Positions 1-10,322 of a stretch of 64,000 bases of DNA are shown here, piece after piece; the stretch's first letter is position 1; each line of letters opens with the position of its first letter. Position numbers and translations under genes: made by a program. The stretch is from positions 99,425 to 163,424 of the IMG/VR virus record IMGVR_UViG_3300028844_007948. One strand, given 5' to 3'. Under the pieces are notes generated by a model that worked only from the letters and a program-made list of their open reading frames with translations, did not search any database and was not told where the DNA came from. The DNA is from a virus.

Positions 1-51
1 GATTGCATTAATTCCTATTGAAAAATTTTCATAAAAATATATTATAAAACA

Positions 52-954
52 ATGGATACAACACTAGGAGTCATAGGAAATGGATTTGTGGGATCAGCGG
101 CTGTCCATGGATTTAATCATCATGTAAAAAGTGTGAAGGTTTTTGATAAGGATGAAAACAGAAGATCTCACACACTTGAAGAAACTTTAGATCAAGATGT
201 AGTATTCGTATGCCTTCCTACTCCAATGTCTCTATCTGAACAAGGCAAGTGTGATCTATCTATTATTGAATCTTTTTTTGCTGAAGCTTCCGAGCTTAAA
301 CCTGATTGCACTTTTGTTATAAAGTCTACCGTTCCAGTAGGAACAACCTCTAGACTTCAAAAACAGTATGATAAATTAAAAATTTTACATTCCCCTGAGT
401 TTCTTACCGCAAGGACTGCTCTTTTAGATTTTATAACCCCATCTAGAAACATAGTAGGATATCCAAAAGATTTTTATTCAAACCTTCATGCTGTCCCTAA
501 TAAAGTTGTAGAGCTTTTTGAAAAAAGATTTCCAGGAGTAAAAACATTTTTAATGGACAGCGATTCTACAGAGATGATTAAATATGTAGCCAATTGTTTT
601 TTTGCTACTAAAATCAGCTATTTTAATGAGGTAAAACTCTTTTGCGATAAGATTGGATTAGATTATAATAAAATTATGGAAGGTGTTTTGTCTGATGGCA
701 GGATAGGCATAAGTCATTATCAAGTCCCAGGCCATGATGGCAAGTTAGGTTTTGGAGGCACCTGCTTCCCAAAAGACATAAACTCTTTCATTAATCTAAT
801 GAAAGCTAATGGCGTAAACTCTAAAGTTTTACAAGCAGCATGGGATACAAATGTCTTGGTTAGACCAGAAAAAGATTGGGAAAATTTTTCCGCCGCAGTT
901 TCGACTGGAACACAAGATTTTGATACATCGGGATGCGGCCATGATCACATTTAA
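52..954 (+). CDS. ugd: UDP-glucose/GDP-mannose dehydrogenase family protein (short form)
   Basis: GxGFVG Rossmann motif, IKSTVPVGT, SPEFL and catalytic GGTCFPKD; about 300 aa, so the C-terminal UDP-binding domain appears absent. Confidence 0.85.
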   Translation: MDTTLGVIGNGFVGSAAVHGFNHHVKSVKVFDKDENRRSHTLEETLDQDVVFVCLPTPMSLSEQGKCDLSIIESFFAEASELKPDCTFVIKSTVPVGTTSRLQKQYDKLKILHSPEFLTARTALLDFITPSRNIVGYPKDFYSNLHAVPNKVVELFEKRFPGVKTFLMDSDSTEMIKYVANCFFATKISYFNEVKLFCDKIGLDYNKIMEGVLSDGRIGISHYQVPGHDGKLGFGGTCFPKDINSFINLMKANGVNSKVLQAAWDTNVLVRPEKDWENFSAAVSTGTQDFDTSGCGHDHI

Positions 955-969
955 AAATTATAGATAAAT

Positions 970-1902
970 ATGAAGTATACAGTTATAGGAGGAGCAGGTT
1001 TTATTGGAAGTCATTTAGTGGATGCACTAATAGATGAAGGTCATGAGGTTGTAGTTTTTGATAATTTCTCAACTGGCCAACCAGACAACATAAATGAAAA
1101 AGCTGAGCTATTTAGGATAAACCCTGCATATTTTAATACTATTGGCGAAAAGATGGATTCATACAGGCAAGCAATTAATGCATCTGTCGGCTCAGATGCT
1201 ATATTTCACCTTGCAGCTTTGCCAAGAGTACAGCCTTCATTATTGGATCCCGTAGGAACTAATAAGGCTAATGTGGATTCATTGGTTGGAGCTCTTGATT
1301 TTGCAAAAAATATTGGAGTTAAGAGATTTGTTTATAGTGCAAGTTCTTCTGCCTATGGAGACGCTTCAGTTTTCCCAACTCCAGAGGATCACCCCACTAA
1401 TCCGAAAAGCCCTTACGGACTCCAAAAACTTATAGGAGAACAGTATTGTAAAGTTTTTTCGGATTGTTATGGTTTAGATACTGTAAGTTTGAGATATTTT
1501 AATGTTTACGGTTCCAGAGCTAGTTCGGGTTCTGCATACAGCTTAGTTCTTGAGGTATTCTTCAAACAACGTCTTTATAAAAAACCTCTCACAATAACTG
1601 GAGACGGAGAACAAAAACGAGACTTTACTTTTGTTGGCGATGTAGTGAAGGCAAATATCCTTGCCGCTCAATCGGACCAAGAGTTTAAAGGTGATATTTT
1701 TAATATAGGAAATGGCGACAACAGAACAATAAATCAAGTGGCTGATTTAATAGGAGGAGAAAAAGAGTATATTGAGGCTAGGTTAGAGCCTAAAGAAACC
1801 CTAGCTGATATTTCAAAAGCGAAAGAGGTTTTAGGCTGGGAGCCTTCTATGACCTTAGAAGAATGGATTCCTCAAAGAAAAAAAGAATTACGCCTTGATT
1901 GA
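970..1902 (+). CDS. NAD-dependent nucleotide-sugar epimerase/dehydratase
   Basis: GGAGFIGSH, ASSSAYG, YxxxK (SPYGLQK), LRYFNVYG, RDFTFV. Confidence 0.9.
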   Translation: MKYTVIGGAGFIGSHLVDALIDEGHEVVVFDNFSTGQPDNINEKAELFRINPAYFNTIGEKMDSYRQAINASVGSDAIFHLAALPRVQPSLLDPVGTNKANVDSLVGALDFAKNIGVKRFVYSASSSAYGDASVFPTPEDHPTNPKSPYGLQKLIGEQYCKVFSDCYGLDTVSLRYFNVYGSRASSGSAYSLVLEVFFKQRLYKKPLTITGDGEQKRDFTFVGDVVKANILAAQSDQEFKGDIFNIGNGDNRTINQVADLIGGEKEYIEARLEPKETLADISKAKEVLGWEPSMTLEEWIPQRKKELRLD

Positions 1903-1907
1903 TTTTT

Positions 1908-2978
1908 ATGAAAAAAGTTATTGTTACAGGTATAACAGGTCAGGATGGAAGCCATATGTGCGACTATCTTATTAAAAAATTAAATAAAGAAAAATTAGAT
2001 ATTAAAATTTTTGGTTCAGTAAGACGTATTAGCGTCAAGAATCACGAAAATATTTTGCATTTAGAAGGTGATCCTAACTTCGAGCTTATCGATATGGATT
2101 TGAATGATGCTCATAGCATTAGAGATGCTATCATAGATATCAAGCCAGACTATTTTATAAATTTTGCCGCACAATCTTTTGTCGCTGGTAGCTGGAAATA
2201 TCCTATACAAACTTGGGGTACTGATGCTGATTCTGTTCTTCATATCCTTGAGTCAATAAGAAGATTCGCTCCGCTATGCAGGTTTTATAATGCAGGATCT
2301 TCTGAAGAATTTGGAGATGTTATATATTCCCCTCAAGATGCCGCTCACCCCTTAAGACCTCAGTCTCCTTATGGAGCTGCCAAGTGTGCTGCTAGACATC
2401 TAGTCAGGGTCTATCGAGAGTCTTATAATCTATATGCTATTCAAGGTTGGTTATTCAATCATGAAGGGGTAAGGAGAGGTCTTGATTTTGTTACTAGAAA
2501 AATAACATATAATGTAGCTAAATTTAAATTGGCTTTAGAAAAGTCTAATCTAAGTCATGTGGAGATTCCTAGCTTCTCTTTGGGCAACTTAGAAGCTAAG
2601 AGAGACTGGAGTGATGCGGAGGATTTTATGGATGGAGTGTGGCGTATGTTAAATCAAGATAAACCCAAAAATTATGTTTTAGCTAGTGGGGAGATGCATA
2701 CAATTAGATCTTTTCTTGAAGAGACCCTATCTTGCGCAAACATTGAATATTATAAAACAGGGGTGGAGGATAAAGAAAAATATTTTTCAAAAAAGGGTGA
2801 TCATCTGATAATGTCAGTAGATCCAAAATTCTACAGGCCTGCCGAGGTTCACGAGCTCTGCGGCGACCCTTCTTTGGCTGAAAAAGAATTAGGATGGGCC
2901 CGTAATACAGATTTTAAAGGGCTTGTTAAAAAGATGTATCAATCTGATTACGCAAAGTCATCATATGAACAAAGATGA
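1908..2978 (+). CDS. gmd: GDP-mannose 4,6-dehydratase
   Basis: TGITGQDGS, AAQSFV, SSEEFG, PQSPYGAAK, FVTRKIT, LGNLEAKRDW, RPAEV; ATG at 1908 preferred. Confidence 0.93.
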   Translation: MKKVIVTGITGQDGSHMCDYLIKKLNKEKLDIKIFGSVRRISVKNHENILHLEGDPNFELIDMDLNDAHSIRDAIIDIKPDYFINFAAQSFVAGSWKYPIQTWGTDADSVLHILESIRRFAPLCRFYNAGSSEEFGDVIYSPQDAAHPLRPQSPYGAAKCAARHLVRVYRESYNLYAIQGWLFNHEGVRRGLDFVTRKITYNVAKFKLALEKSNLSHVEIPSFSLGNLEAKRDWSDAEDFMDGVWRMLNQDKPKNYVLASGEMHTIRSFLEETLSCANIEYYKTGVEDKEKYFSKKGDHLIMSVDPKFYRPAEVHELCGDPSLAEKELGWARNTDFKGLVKKMYQSDYAKSSYEQR

Positions 2979-3915
2979 TGCTATTTATGTGGCGGGCCAC
3001 AGAGGAATGGTTGGCTCTGCTACTGTAAGAGCTTTAAAATCTAATGGTTACACTAATATTGTAACAGCAACAAGGGAAGAGGTAGATCTTAAAAACCAAA
3101 AAGATGTAAACCTTTTTTTTAAAAATTTAAACATCGATTATGTTGTTCTTGCTGCTGCAAAAGTGGGAGGTATACTAGCGAATAATGACCTTAAGGCTGA
3201 CTTTATATATGAAAATACTATTATTGGTGCTAACATCATAAAAGCTTGTCATGATAATAAAGTTAAAAAGTTGATAAATTTAGGCTCTTCTTGTATATAT
3301 CCAAAAGAGTCTCAAATCCCTATAAAAGAAGAGTATTTGTTAACAGGAAAGCTTGAGCCGACAAACGAACCGTATGCGATAGCAAAAATCGCCGCCTTAA
3401 AAATGTGTGAAAGTTTTTACCATCAATACGATGATAACTATTATTCCTTGATGCCCTGTAATCTTTACGGGATTAATGACAATTTTGATCTAAAAAGCTC
3501 TCATGTTCTACCAGCTTTAATTAACAAAGTTCATCATGCAAAAAGCTCTAACAGTCCTAGTATTACTCTTTGGGGTTCTGGAAAACCGCTTAGAGAGTTT
3601 CTTTTTTCTGAAGATGTTGCCTCTGCTATTTTATTTTGCCTAGAAAACGTTGATGCTAAAGATATTTATGAGCAAGGGATCTCTCATCTTAATTGCGGAT
3701 CTAATGAGGAACTCTCTATTTTAGATCTATTATTAAAAATAAAAAATATTATAAGTTACGAAGGCGAAATTTTATTTGATAGTTCTAAACCAGATGGGAC
3801 TTTTAGAAAAAAAATGGATAATAGCAGAATAAACCAGCTAGGCTTTATTCCGCAAGTATCAATTGATGAAGGTATTGCAAAAACATACTCTTGGTACTTA
3901 TCAAATTCAGAATAA
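2965..3915 (+). CDS. fcl: GDP-L-fucose synthase
   Basis: AGHRGMVGS, AAKVGGI, LGSSCIYP, LEPTNEPYAIAK, SHVLPAL, WGSGKPLREF; directly follows gmd. Confidence 0.93.
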   Translation: MNKDDAIYVAGHRGMVGSATVRALKSNGYTNIVTATREEVDLKNQKDVNLFFKNLNIDYVVLAAAKVGGILANNDLKADFIYENTIIGANIIKACHDNKVKKLINLGSSCIYPKESQIPIKEEYLLTGKLEPTNEPYAIAKIAALKMCESFYHQYDDNYYSLMPCNLYGINDNFDLKSSHVLPALINKVHHAKSSNSPSITLWGSGKPLREFLFSEDVASAILFCLENVDAKDIYEQGISHLNCGSNEELSILDLLLKIKNIISYEGEILFDSSKPDGTFRKKMDNSRINQLGFIPQVSIDEGIAKTYSWYLSNSE

Positions 3916-4042
3916 AAAAATAGTTGTTTTGTTTGAGTAACTGGGTTAATCCTCTTACTCTATTTTAGAAAATATTCATAAATATAAACTCTGAATATTT
4001 AGAATAGTCGTGTAATAAAAAGAATCCCCCCCTAATCATTTT

Positions 4043-6478
4043 ATGGAAATAAAAGTAAAGAAAAGAAACGGAAGGTTAGAAGACTTTAAAGTAGAAAAGA
4101 TAAATGCAATATCCGAAAGAGCGTGTGAAGACATTGATAATGTTTCTGCAAGTGAGGTCGTACTTGATGCCCAGTTACAACTTTACGATAAAATTACTAC
4201 TTCTGAAATAGACAAGGCTTTAATCCTTAGTTCTAGAGAAAAAATACAAAAAGAACCAAACTATAGTTTTGTAGCGTCTAGGCTTCTTTTAAATACGGCC
4301 TATAAAGAGGTGTTTAAAGAAGGGGTCGATTCTGATACTTTCAAATTACAATATAGGAAAAGTTTCATACAAAATATTAAAAAACTATCCAAGGTGGGTA
4401 GAGTTAATGCTAAGCTTTTGGATTTCGACTTAGTAAAACTTTCTGAATCCTTAAAAATAAGGAGAGATTTAAATTTTAAATATTTAGGCATACAAATTTT
4501 AACTGATAGATACTTCATTAGGCACGAAGATAAAATCATGGAAGCTCCTCAAAGTTTCTGGATGAGGGTCGCTATGGGTCTAGCAATAAATGAAGAAAAT
4601 AAAAATGAAAAAGCTATAGAGTTCTATAATCTTTTTAGTCAATTTTTATACACACCTTCCACTCCTACTCTTTTTAACAGTGGCACAGTTCGATCTCAGT
4701 TAAGCTCATGCTATTTAAATACTTTTGATGATAGTATAGATGGAATTTTTGATGGAGCTTGGCAAGAGGCAAGAAAGTCAAAATATGCTGGAGGGCTTGG
4801 GCTTGATGTTACGCCTTTTAGGTCTACAGGCTCCTTCATAGAAGGCACTAATGGTATCTCAAGTGGTCTTGTGCCTTGGTTGAAGATATATAATGATCTA
4901 TTAGTTGCAGTCAATCAAGGCGGAAAGCGTCCAGGTGCAGGATGTGCATATCTTGAGCCTTGGCACTTAGATTATGAAGATTTCCTAAACTTAAGAAGGA
5001 ATACAGGGGATGATCGTTTACGATGTCATGACATGAATACAGCTTCATGGATACCAGATGAGTTTATGCGTAGAGTTAAGAACGAAGAAGATTGGTATTT
5101 CTTTGATCCAGGCGAGATGGTTTATGAAGACGGAAAGACTCTTCACGATTATTTTGGTAAAGATTTTGATGATAGATATGAAGATGCATGTCGAGCTGCA
5201 GAATATGGCCACATCAAAAACTTCAGAAAAATCCCTGCCAAAGAGCTCTGGAAAAAAATGCTGAAAGTGCTTTTTGAGACTTCTCACCCATGGAATACTT
5301 TTAAAGATCCATGCAACATTCGTTACACAAATCAGCATGAAGGTACTGTCAGAAGCTCTAATCTTTGCACAGAAATTACTCTGCACACTAAAGCCTCAAA
5401 ATACAAAGAAGGGGAAAAGGTTGAGCATGGAGAAACCGCAGTCTGTAATTTAGGCTCTATTAATTTATTAAATCATTTAAAAGAAAACAACTCTATAGAT
5501 TTTCAGAAATTAAAATCAACTATACATACCGCTATACGTATATTAGATAATGTTATAGATTTAAATTTTTATCCAACTAAAGAGTCTAGTAATTCTAATT
5601 TAAGAAATAGGCCAATAGGCCTAGGAATGATGGCTATTCATGATGTTCTACACAAAATGAACATAAAAATAGATAGCGATGAAGCCGTAGCTTTTAACGA
5701 TAATTTGTTTGAATTTTATTCTTGCAATGCAATCCTTGCCAGCTCTATTCTTGCAAAAGAAAAAGGATCTTATGAAACTTACAGTGGCTCTCTTTGGAGC
5801 AAGGGGGTGTTCCCTTTAGATTCATATAATAACTTAATGCTGTATAGGGGTAATAACACAAAGTCAACAGAAAACCTTAAAGAATGGGGTCGAGTCAGAG
5901 ATCATGTTCGTCAATTTGGCATGAGGAACTCTAATGTTATGGCTATAGCTCCAACGGCTACTATAGGATACATAAACGGTGTAGAGCAAAGTATTGAACC
6001 AAATTTTTCAGTATTATTTGTTTACGAAAATAAGAGTGGTAATTTTTATATAACCAATCCTCATTTCATTAAAGATATGAAGGATAGGGGTTTATGGAAT
6101 GCAGAAATAGCTAATTTTATTAAAACTATAGATGGCGATTTATCCCTTGCAAATGGAGATATACCTCAAGATATAAAAGAAAAATATAAAACCGCTTTTG
6201 ACAGAGACATGATGAGTTTAATAGATTCTAATTCTGCACGTCAGAAATGGATCGATCAAGCTGTAAGTTTTAATCTTTACAACAAAGGGACTTCACTAAA
6301 ATACTTAAATGATATCTATATGAAATGTTGGGAGTGTGGTTTAAAAACCACCTATTATTTAAGAAATAGAGCTGCAAGTAAAATTGAAAAGTCTGCCAGT
6401 TCGGACACTTCATCTACTGAAACTTCGTGCAGTATTGAAGCCATGAAAAATGGAGAGGTTTGTGAATCCTGTCAGTAA
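4043..6478 (+). CDS. nrdA: Class I ribonucleotide reductase alpha subunit with ATP cone
   Basis: N-terminal VKKRNG ATP cone, TPTLFN, SSCY, SNLCTEI, VCNLGS, IAPTA, TTYY, C-terminal CESCQ. Confidence 0.95.
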   Translation: MEIKVKKRNGRLEDFKVEKINAISERACEDIDNVSASEVVLDAQLQLYDKITTSEIDKALILSSREKIQKEPNYSFVASRLLLNTAYKEVFKEGVDSDTFKLQYRKSFIQNIKKLSKVGRVNAKLLDFDLVKLSESLKIRRDLNFKYLGIQILTDRYFIRHEDKIMEAPQSFWMRVAMGLAINEENKNEKAIEFYNLFSQFLYTPSTPTLFNSGTVRSQLSSCYLNTFDDSIDGIFDGAWQEARKSKYAGGLGLDVTPFRSTGSFIEGTNGISSGLVPWLKIYNDLLVAVNQGGKRPGAGCAYLEPWHLDYEDFLNLRRNTGDDRLRCHDMNTASWIPDEFMRRVKNEEDWYFFDPGEMVYEDGKTLHDYFGKDFDDRYEDACRAAEYGHIKNFRKIPAKELWKKMLKVLFETSHPWNTFKDPCNIRYTNQHEGTVRSSNLCTEITLHTKASKYKEGEKVEHGETAVCNLGSINLLNHLKENNSIDFQKLKSTIHTAIRILDNVIDLNFYPTKESSNSNLRNRPIGLGMMAIHDVLHKMNIKIDSDEAVAFNDNLFEFYSCNAILASSILAKEKGSYETYSGSLWSKGVFPLDSYNNLMLYRGNNTKSTENLKEWGRVRDHVRQFGMRNSNVMAIAPTATIGYINGVEQSIEPNFSVLFVYENKSGNFYITNPHFIKDMKDRGLWNAEIANFIKTIDGDLSLANGDIPQDIKEKYKTAFDRDMMSLIDSNSARQKWIDQAVSFNLYNKGTSLKYLNDIYMKCWECGLKTTYYLRNRAASKIEKSASSDTSSTETSCSIEAMKNGEVCESCQ

Positions 6479-6917
6479 AGCTTCTGGAGTAACATTAGTA
6501 GTTGGTAATGAAATATTGCTAGCTAAAAGATGCGAATTATGGAATGGAGAACCAGTGCCTTTAGCTGGCTATTGGAGTATTTTTGGCGGAGCTATTGAAA
6601 AAGGGGAGAGTGCCATGTCCTGTAGCATTAGAGAGATGAAAGAAGAAACTGGAGTTGATATAGAAATATCTGACCTTTCTTACATACGAGATATCTTTAA
6701 TGATCATAGCGATGGTCATACAACTCAGTTTACTGTATATTTTTCTAAAAATAAAAGTAAACCTGTTATTGTTTTAAATGACGAGCATACTGAATTCAAA
6801 TGGTTTGACATTAATGATATAGAGAATTTTCCATATAAAATTATGGACGATTTAAAAGACTGTATAATTAGATATAGATGTTACCTAAAGGATCTTAAAA
6901 CTAAATATGGATTATAA
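6450..6917 (+). CDS. NUDIX hydrolase
   Basis: Nudix box GGAIEKGESAMSCSIREMKEETG; start may be GTG at 6462. Confidence 0.85.
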   Translation: MERFVNPVSKASGVTLVVGNEILLAKRCELWNGEPVPLAGYWSIFGGAIEKGESAMSCSIREMKEETGVDIEISDLSYIRDIFNDHSDGHTTQFTVYFSKNKSKPVIVLNDEHTEFKWFDINDIENFPYKIMDDLKDCIIRYRCYLKDLKTKYGL

Positions 6918-6976
6918 TTTTATTGAAAAAGCTTTTTTTAAATTTATTATAAATAAAAACTAACCCAAAAAATATC

Positions 6977-7168
6977 ATGATTCAATTCTATAATGTAAAA
7001 AAGAAGACAAAAGTCGAAATTTCAGAAGATAAAGTGGAAAAGAAAACCTACGAAAAAGTTTCCAAAGCTGGAAAGACTACAATTAGATATGCCCTCGCTG
7101 CAGTAGATGAAGATGGCACAAAATTAACTAAATTTTGCAGTAAAGATGTCTACGACAGCCTTGGCTAA
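6977..7168 (+). CDS. Small basic protein, possible nucleic-acid binding
   Basis: 63 aa, Lys-rich, FYNVKKK...RYALAAVDEDGTKLTKF; TAATG-coupled to the next gene. Confidence 0.6.
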   Translation: MIQFYNVKKKTKVEISEDKVEKKTYEKVSKAGKTTIRYALAAVDEDGTKLTKFCSKDVYDSLG

Positions 7169-7602
7169 TGGGCCCAATTTTAAATACTATATTGGGTGCG
7201 GGAATTAAACTCGCATGCAATTTAATAAACTCTTGGTTGGAGCAAAAAAGGCAAGACCAAATGATGCTTGCCGCAAGAGATAGTGCAACTCTTGAAGCTC
7301 TAATTAAAAATCAAGAAGTTCAAGCTAGTGATCCTTTTGTTAAAACCACAAGGAGAATATTGTTTATGTCTATCACATTTACAATGTGCTACCTTATGAT
7401 TTATTATGCTCACAATCCCACAATCACTTATGATATAATTGTTCCTAAAGGTGATGGAGCAAAGTGGGGATTTTTTAGCTGGATATTTGGAGGTAAGGAA
7501 TGGGAGGTTGTTACTCTCAGTGGTGGTTTAATGCTTAGCTCTTTTATAGATTTATGTTTTATGGTTGTCGGATTTTACGCTATTCCTAGCAAGAGGAGAT
7601 GA
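7168..7602 (+). CDS. Membrane protein, possibly holin-like
   Basis: Two to three hydrophobic segments and a short basic C-terminus (SKRR). Confidence 0.55.
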   Translation: MGPILNTILGAGIKLACNLINSWLEQKRQDQMMLAARDSATLEALIKNQEVQASDPFVKTTRRILFMSITFTMCYLMIYYAHNPTITYDIIVPKGDGAKWGFFSWIFGGKEWEVVTLSGGLMLSSFIDLCFMVVGFYAIPSKRR

Positions 7603-7620
7603 TTTTGTGTAATATTTTAC

Positions 7621-8664
7621 ATGAACTTTATTGATTTAAAAAACCAGATCCACCGTGCAAGTAAGTCTGAATTTATCAGTCAACGCTCTACTTGGGTATC
7701 TAATATCAAAACTTTACTCGCTAATGCATCAGAGGCAGACATTGAATACTTCAGGAATCATGTTGGCAGAGAGTTGTTTAGAAAAGCAAACTTATTTGAC
7801 GATGCATCTTTTATAAAAGATGATTTTGACTCTGGGTTTCGTCCTAGAATAGTCGATCCAACCACAGGATTAAATGGAAATATTATTTCGTGGTACGATG
7901 GGTCAGACCCTAGTTCTCACGAATTAGATTCGCAAAACAGAGTCATAAAAGCTTACGATAAAGCTGGATCTTTTGATTTGTCTAGTAATAAAGGGATAGA
8001 TAAAGCCCCGACAATTGGCCCCATAAAATTTGATGACGGAACATTTAGAAATACTTTCTTTTTTAGAGCAGGTCCCACAGCTGATAATTGCACGTTCAGA
8101 AGTTATAATTTTTCTCATGACTTTAGCTTAGATGGTGAATTAAATATGCTCATTGTCTTACATCATATGAAATCTAATTTAGGAGATAATGACACTCAAG
8201 ATTTTATTTTTGAAGCTGCTCAAAACAACAAACATGCATCAGGAACCCCTAGGGTTTTTCTTAGAAAAGGTGGAGAGGATACAACTGCCCCTACCTATAA
8301 TAACCAAGGGCTTGGGGATGCAATTGGATTCACTGAAGGCGAAGCTGTAATTCAGTTCGATAACCCAGTTAACTTATTACTAAATTTTCATATAAAAAAT
8401 AGCGAGCAAGAATCACGAATAAATGGAAAGCAAATTAAACAATCATCCAGAGTCAATGTTCAAAACATAACAAAAGAATCAGGAGGCGACGGAGGAATTT
8501 ATTGGGGAAGCAATATGCATGGAGGGCAAACTCTAGAGGGTGGATTTGGAGAAATTATATTGTATGATAACTTTGCAGAGGATGGAGAGTTCTTAGAGTC
8601 TTATCTTGCTAAAAAGTGGGGCTTCGACATCCCAACACCTAAACATTTTAAAACATTTGTGTAG
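7621..8664 (+). CDS. Putative virion-associated protein with LamG/concanavalin-like module
   Basis: SWYDGSD...YDKAG...GEIILYD...LESYLAKKWG; the same module type occurs in 37110..39815; GTGTA motif upstream. Confidence 0.55.
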   Translation: MNFIDLKNQIHRASKSEFISQRSTWVSNIKTLLANASEADIEYFRNHVGRELFRKANLFDDASFIKDDFDSGFRPRIVDPTTGLNGNIISWYDGSDPSSHELDSQNRVIKAYDKAGSFDLSSNKGIDKAPTIGPIKFDDGTFRNTFFFRAGPTADNCTFRSYNFSHDFSLDGELNMLIVLHHMKSNLGDNDTQDFIFEAAQNNKHASGTPRVFLRKGGEDTTAPTYNNQGLGDAIGFTEGEAVIQFDNPVNLLLNFHIKNSEQESRINGKQIKQSSRVNVQNITKESGGDGGIYWGSNMHGGQTLEGGFGEIILYDNFAEDGEFLESYLAKKWGFDIPTPKHFKTFV

Positions 8665-8666
8665 TT

Positions 8667-9257
8667 TTGGACTTTATACTTTTCAGCTTATTAATACTTT
8701 CCTCTTTAACATCGGTTGGCTTTTATTTAAAATTTAAAAAAACTTTTATATATTTAAAAGATATAGAAAATGATAATTTTTTAACCCAAGCTAGATTCAA
8801 AGATTTAGAAAAAAATTTAGAGCTAAAAGAAAATCAACATAGACTTAGCATGGAATCGTTAAAAGAATCTTTTGAGCATGAAAGAAAATCTATAGAAGAA
8901 AAAAAGGTAGAAATACAAACCAAGGAAAAAGGTTTCCAGATTGCTGTGGCAAAGCTCACCGAAGATCTTGAAGAGCAAAAAGAATTAAAATCTAAAGTTA
9001 CTTCTCAGAAAAAAAGTAGCGAAGTTAGGTTAGGACATATAGCAGAAACCCTTGCTCCTTTTCTAGATCAATTTGAATTTGAACCAGAAGAATGTTGCTT
9101 CTTGGGAAAGCCAATTGATTACGTGTCCTTTGGGGAAGAAGAAATTACATTTATAGAAGTTAAAAGCGGCCAAAGCCAACTAAGCACAAAGCAAAGAAAG
9201 ATTAGAGATCAAGTCAAAGCTGGAAAAGTTTCTTGGAAAGAAGTGAGAATAAAATAA
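8667..9257 (+). CDS. Holliday junction resolvase-like endonuclease with N-terminal TM and coiled coil
   Basis: GHIAETLAPF, FLGKPIDYVSF, IEVKSG, LSTKQRKIRD. Confidence 0.75.
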   Translation: MDFILFSLLILSSLTSVGFYLKFKKTFIYLKDIENDNFLTQARFKDLEKNLELKENQHRLSMESLKESFEHERKSIEEKKVEIQTKEKGFQIAVAKLTEDLEEQKELKSKVTSQKKSSEVRLGHIAETLAPFLDQFEFEPEECCFLGKPIDYVSFGEEEITFIEVKSGQSQLSTKQRKIRDQVKAGKVSWKEVRIK

Positions 9258-9264
9258 TTTCACC

Positions 9265-9292
9265 TTGAGTAGAACCTGAATGGTCGTATAAT
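9265..9292 (+). promoter_or_regulatory. sigma70-like promoter upstream of nrdB
   Basis: TTGAGT-N16-TATAAT in the intergenic gap. Confidence 0.5.
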
Positions 9293-9305
9293 CGTTATAT
9301 AGACT

Positions 9306-10322
9306 ATGAATAAAGAAAAAACTGGAGATATATTAGGGAAAGAACTTGCTGGAGTGAATCAAATTTTACCCCATAAACATAAATATGTTTGGGATTTATT
9401 CCTAAAAAGTTGTGCCAATAATTGGATGCCTACTGAAATATCAATGCAAAATGATATAAAACAATGGAAAAATGATGAAATCACAGAAGATGAAAAGTTA
9501 CTTGTTAAACGCTGTCTCGGATTTTTTGCTGGATCTGAGTCTTTGGTTGGTAACAATCTGTTTACTGTGGCCGCTAGATTTATTACGGATCCTGAGTGCG
9601 GTCAGTACATCATGCGTCAGGGCTTTGAAGAAAGTCTTCACAATCATACGATAGTCTATATTTGTGACAGTCTTGATTTAGATGTGAAAGAAGTTTATGA
9701 GGCTTATCAGAATATTCCTAGTATAAAAGCTAAAGATGACTTTCTGATGTCTATAACTAACGATGTTAATAGACAAGATTTTGTTCATCATACAAAAGAA
9801 GGAAAACAAGAGCTTCTTCGTAACTTTTTAACCTACTGGATAGTTTGCGAGGGAACTTTTTTCTTTAGTGGTTTTGCAATGCTTCTTGCTTTAGGTAGGC
9901 AAAACAAATTACAAGGAATCTCTGATCAAATTAAATATACATTAAGAGACGAAACCAATCATATAGCTTTTGGGACTTATGTTATAAATAAAATTATCGA
10001 ACAAAATCCGTCAATCTGGACTAAAAAAATGCAAGATGAATTTGTTGATCATATGAAGAAAGCGGTTGATCTTGAAATTGCCTATGCTCATGATGTGCTT
10101 CCTACTGGCATATTAGGTCTTAATGCAGATATGTTTGTTGACTACATGCATTATATTGGCAATCGTAGATTAGAGTCAATTGGTATAGATTTTCGCTTCC
10201 CTAGTGATAAAAATCCTTTTCCTTGGTTAGGTGAAGTTGTTGATGTTCAAGCCATGGGTAACTTCTTTGAAAGAAGGGTTAGGGAGTACCAACAAGTTGG
10301 TTCTCTTGACGATGACTTCTGA
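9306..10322 (+). CDS. nrdB: Ribonucleotide reductase beta subunit, class Ic (R2c)-like
   Basis: NNWMPTEI, FFAGSESLVGNN, EESLH, CEGTFFFSGF, RDETNH, NFFERRVREY; first ligand is Glu78 and the radical-Tyr position is Ile116. Confidence 0.93.
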   Translation: MNKEKTGDILGKELAGVNQILPHKHKYVWDLFLKSCANNWMPTEISMQNDIKQWKNDEITEDEKLLVKRCLGFFAGSESLVGNNLFTVAARFITDPECGQYIMRQGFEESLHNHTIVYICDSLDLDVKEVYEAYQNIPSIKAKDDFLMSITNDVNRQDFVHHTKEGKQELLRNFLTYWIVCEGTFFFSGFAMLLALGRQNKLQGISDQIKYTLRDETNHIAFGTYVINKIIEQNPSIWTKKMQDEFVDHMKKAVDLEIAYAHDVLPTGILGLNADMFVDYMHYIGNRRLESIGIDFRFPSDKNPFPWLGEVVDVQAMGNFFERRVREYQQVGSLDDDF

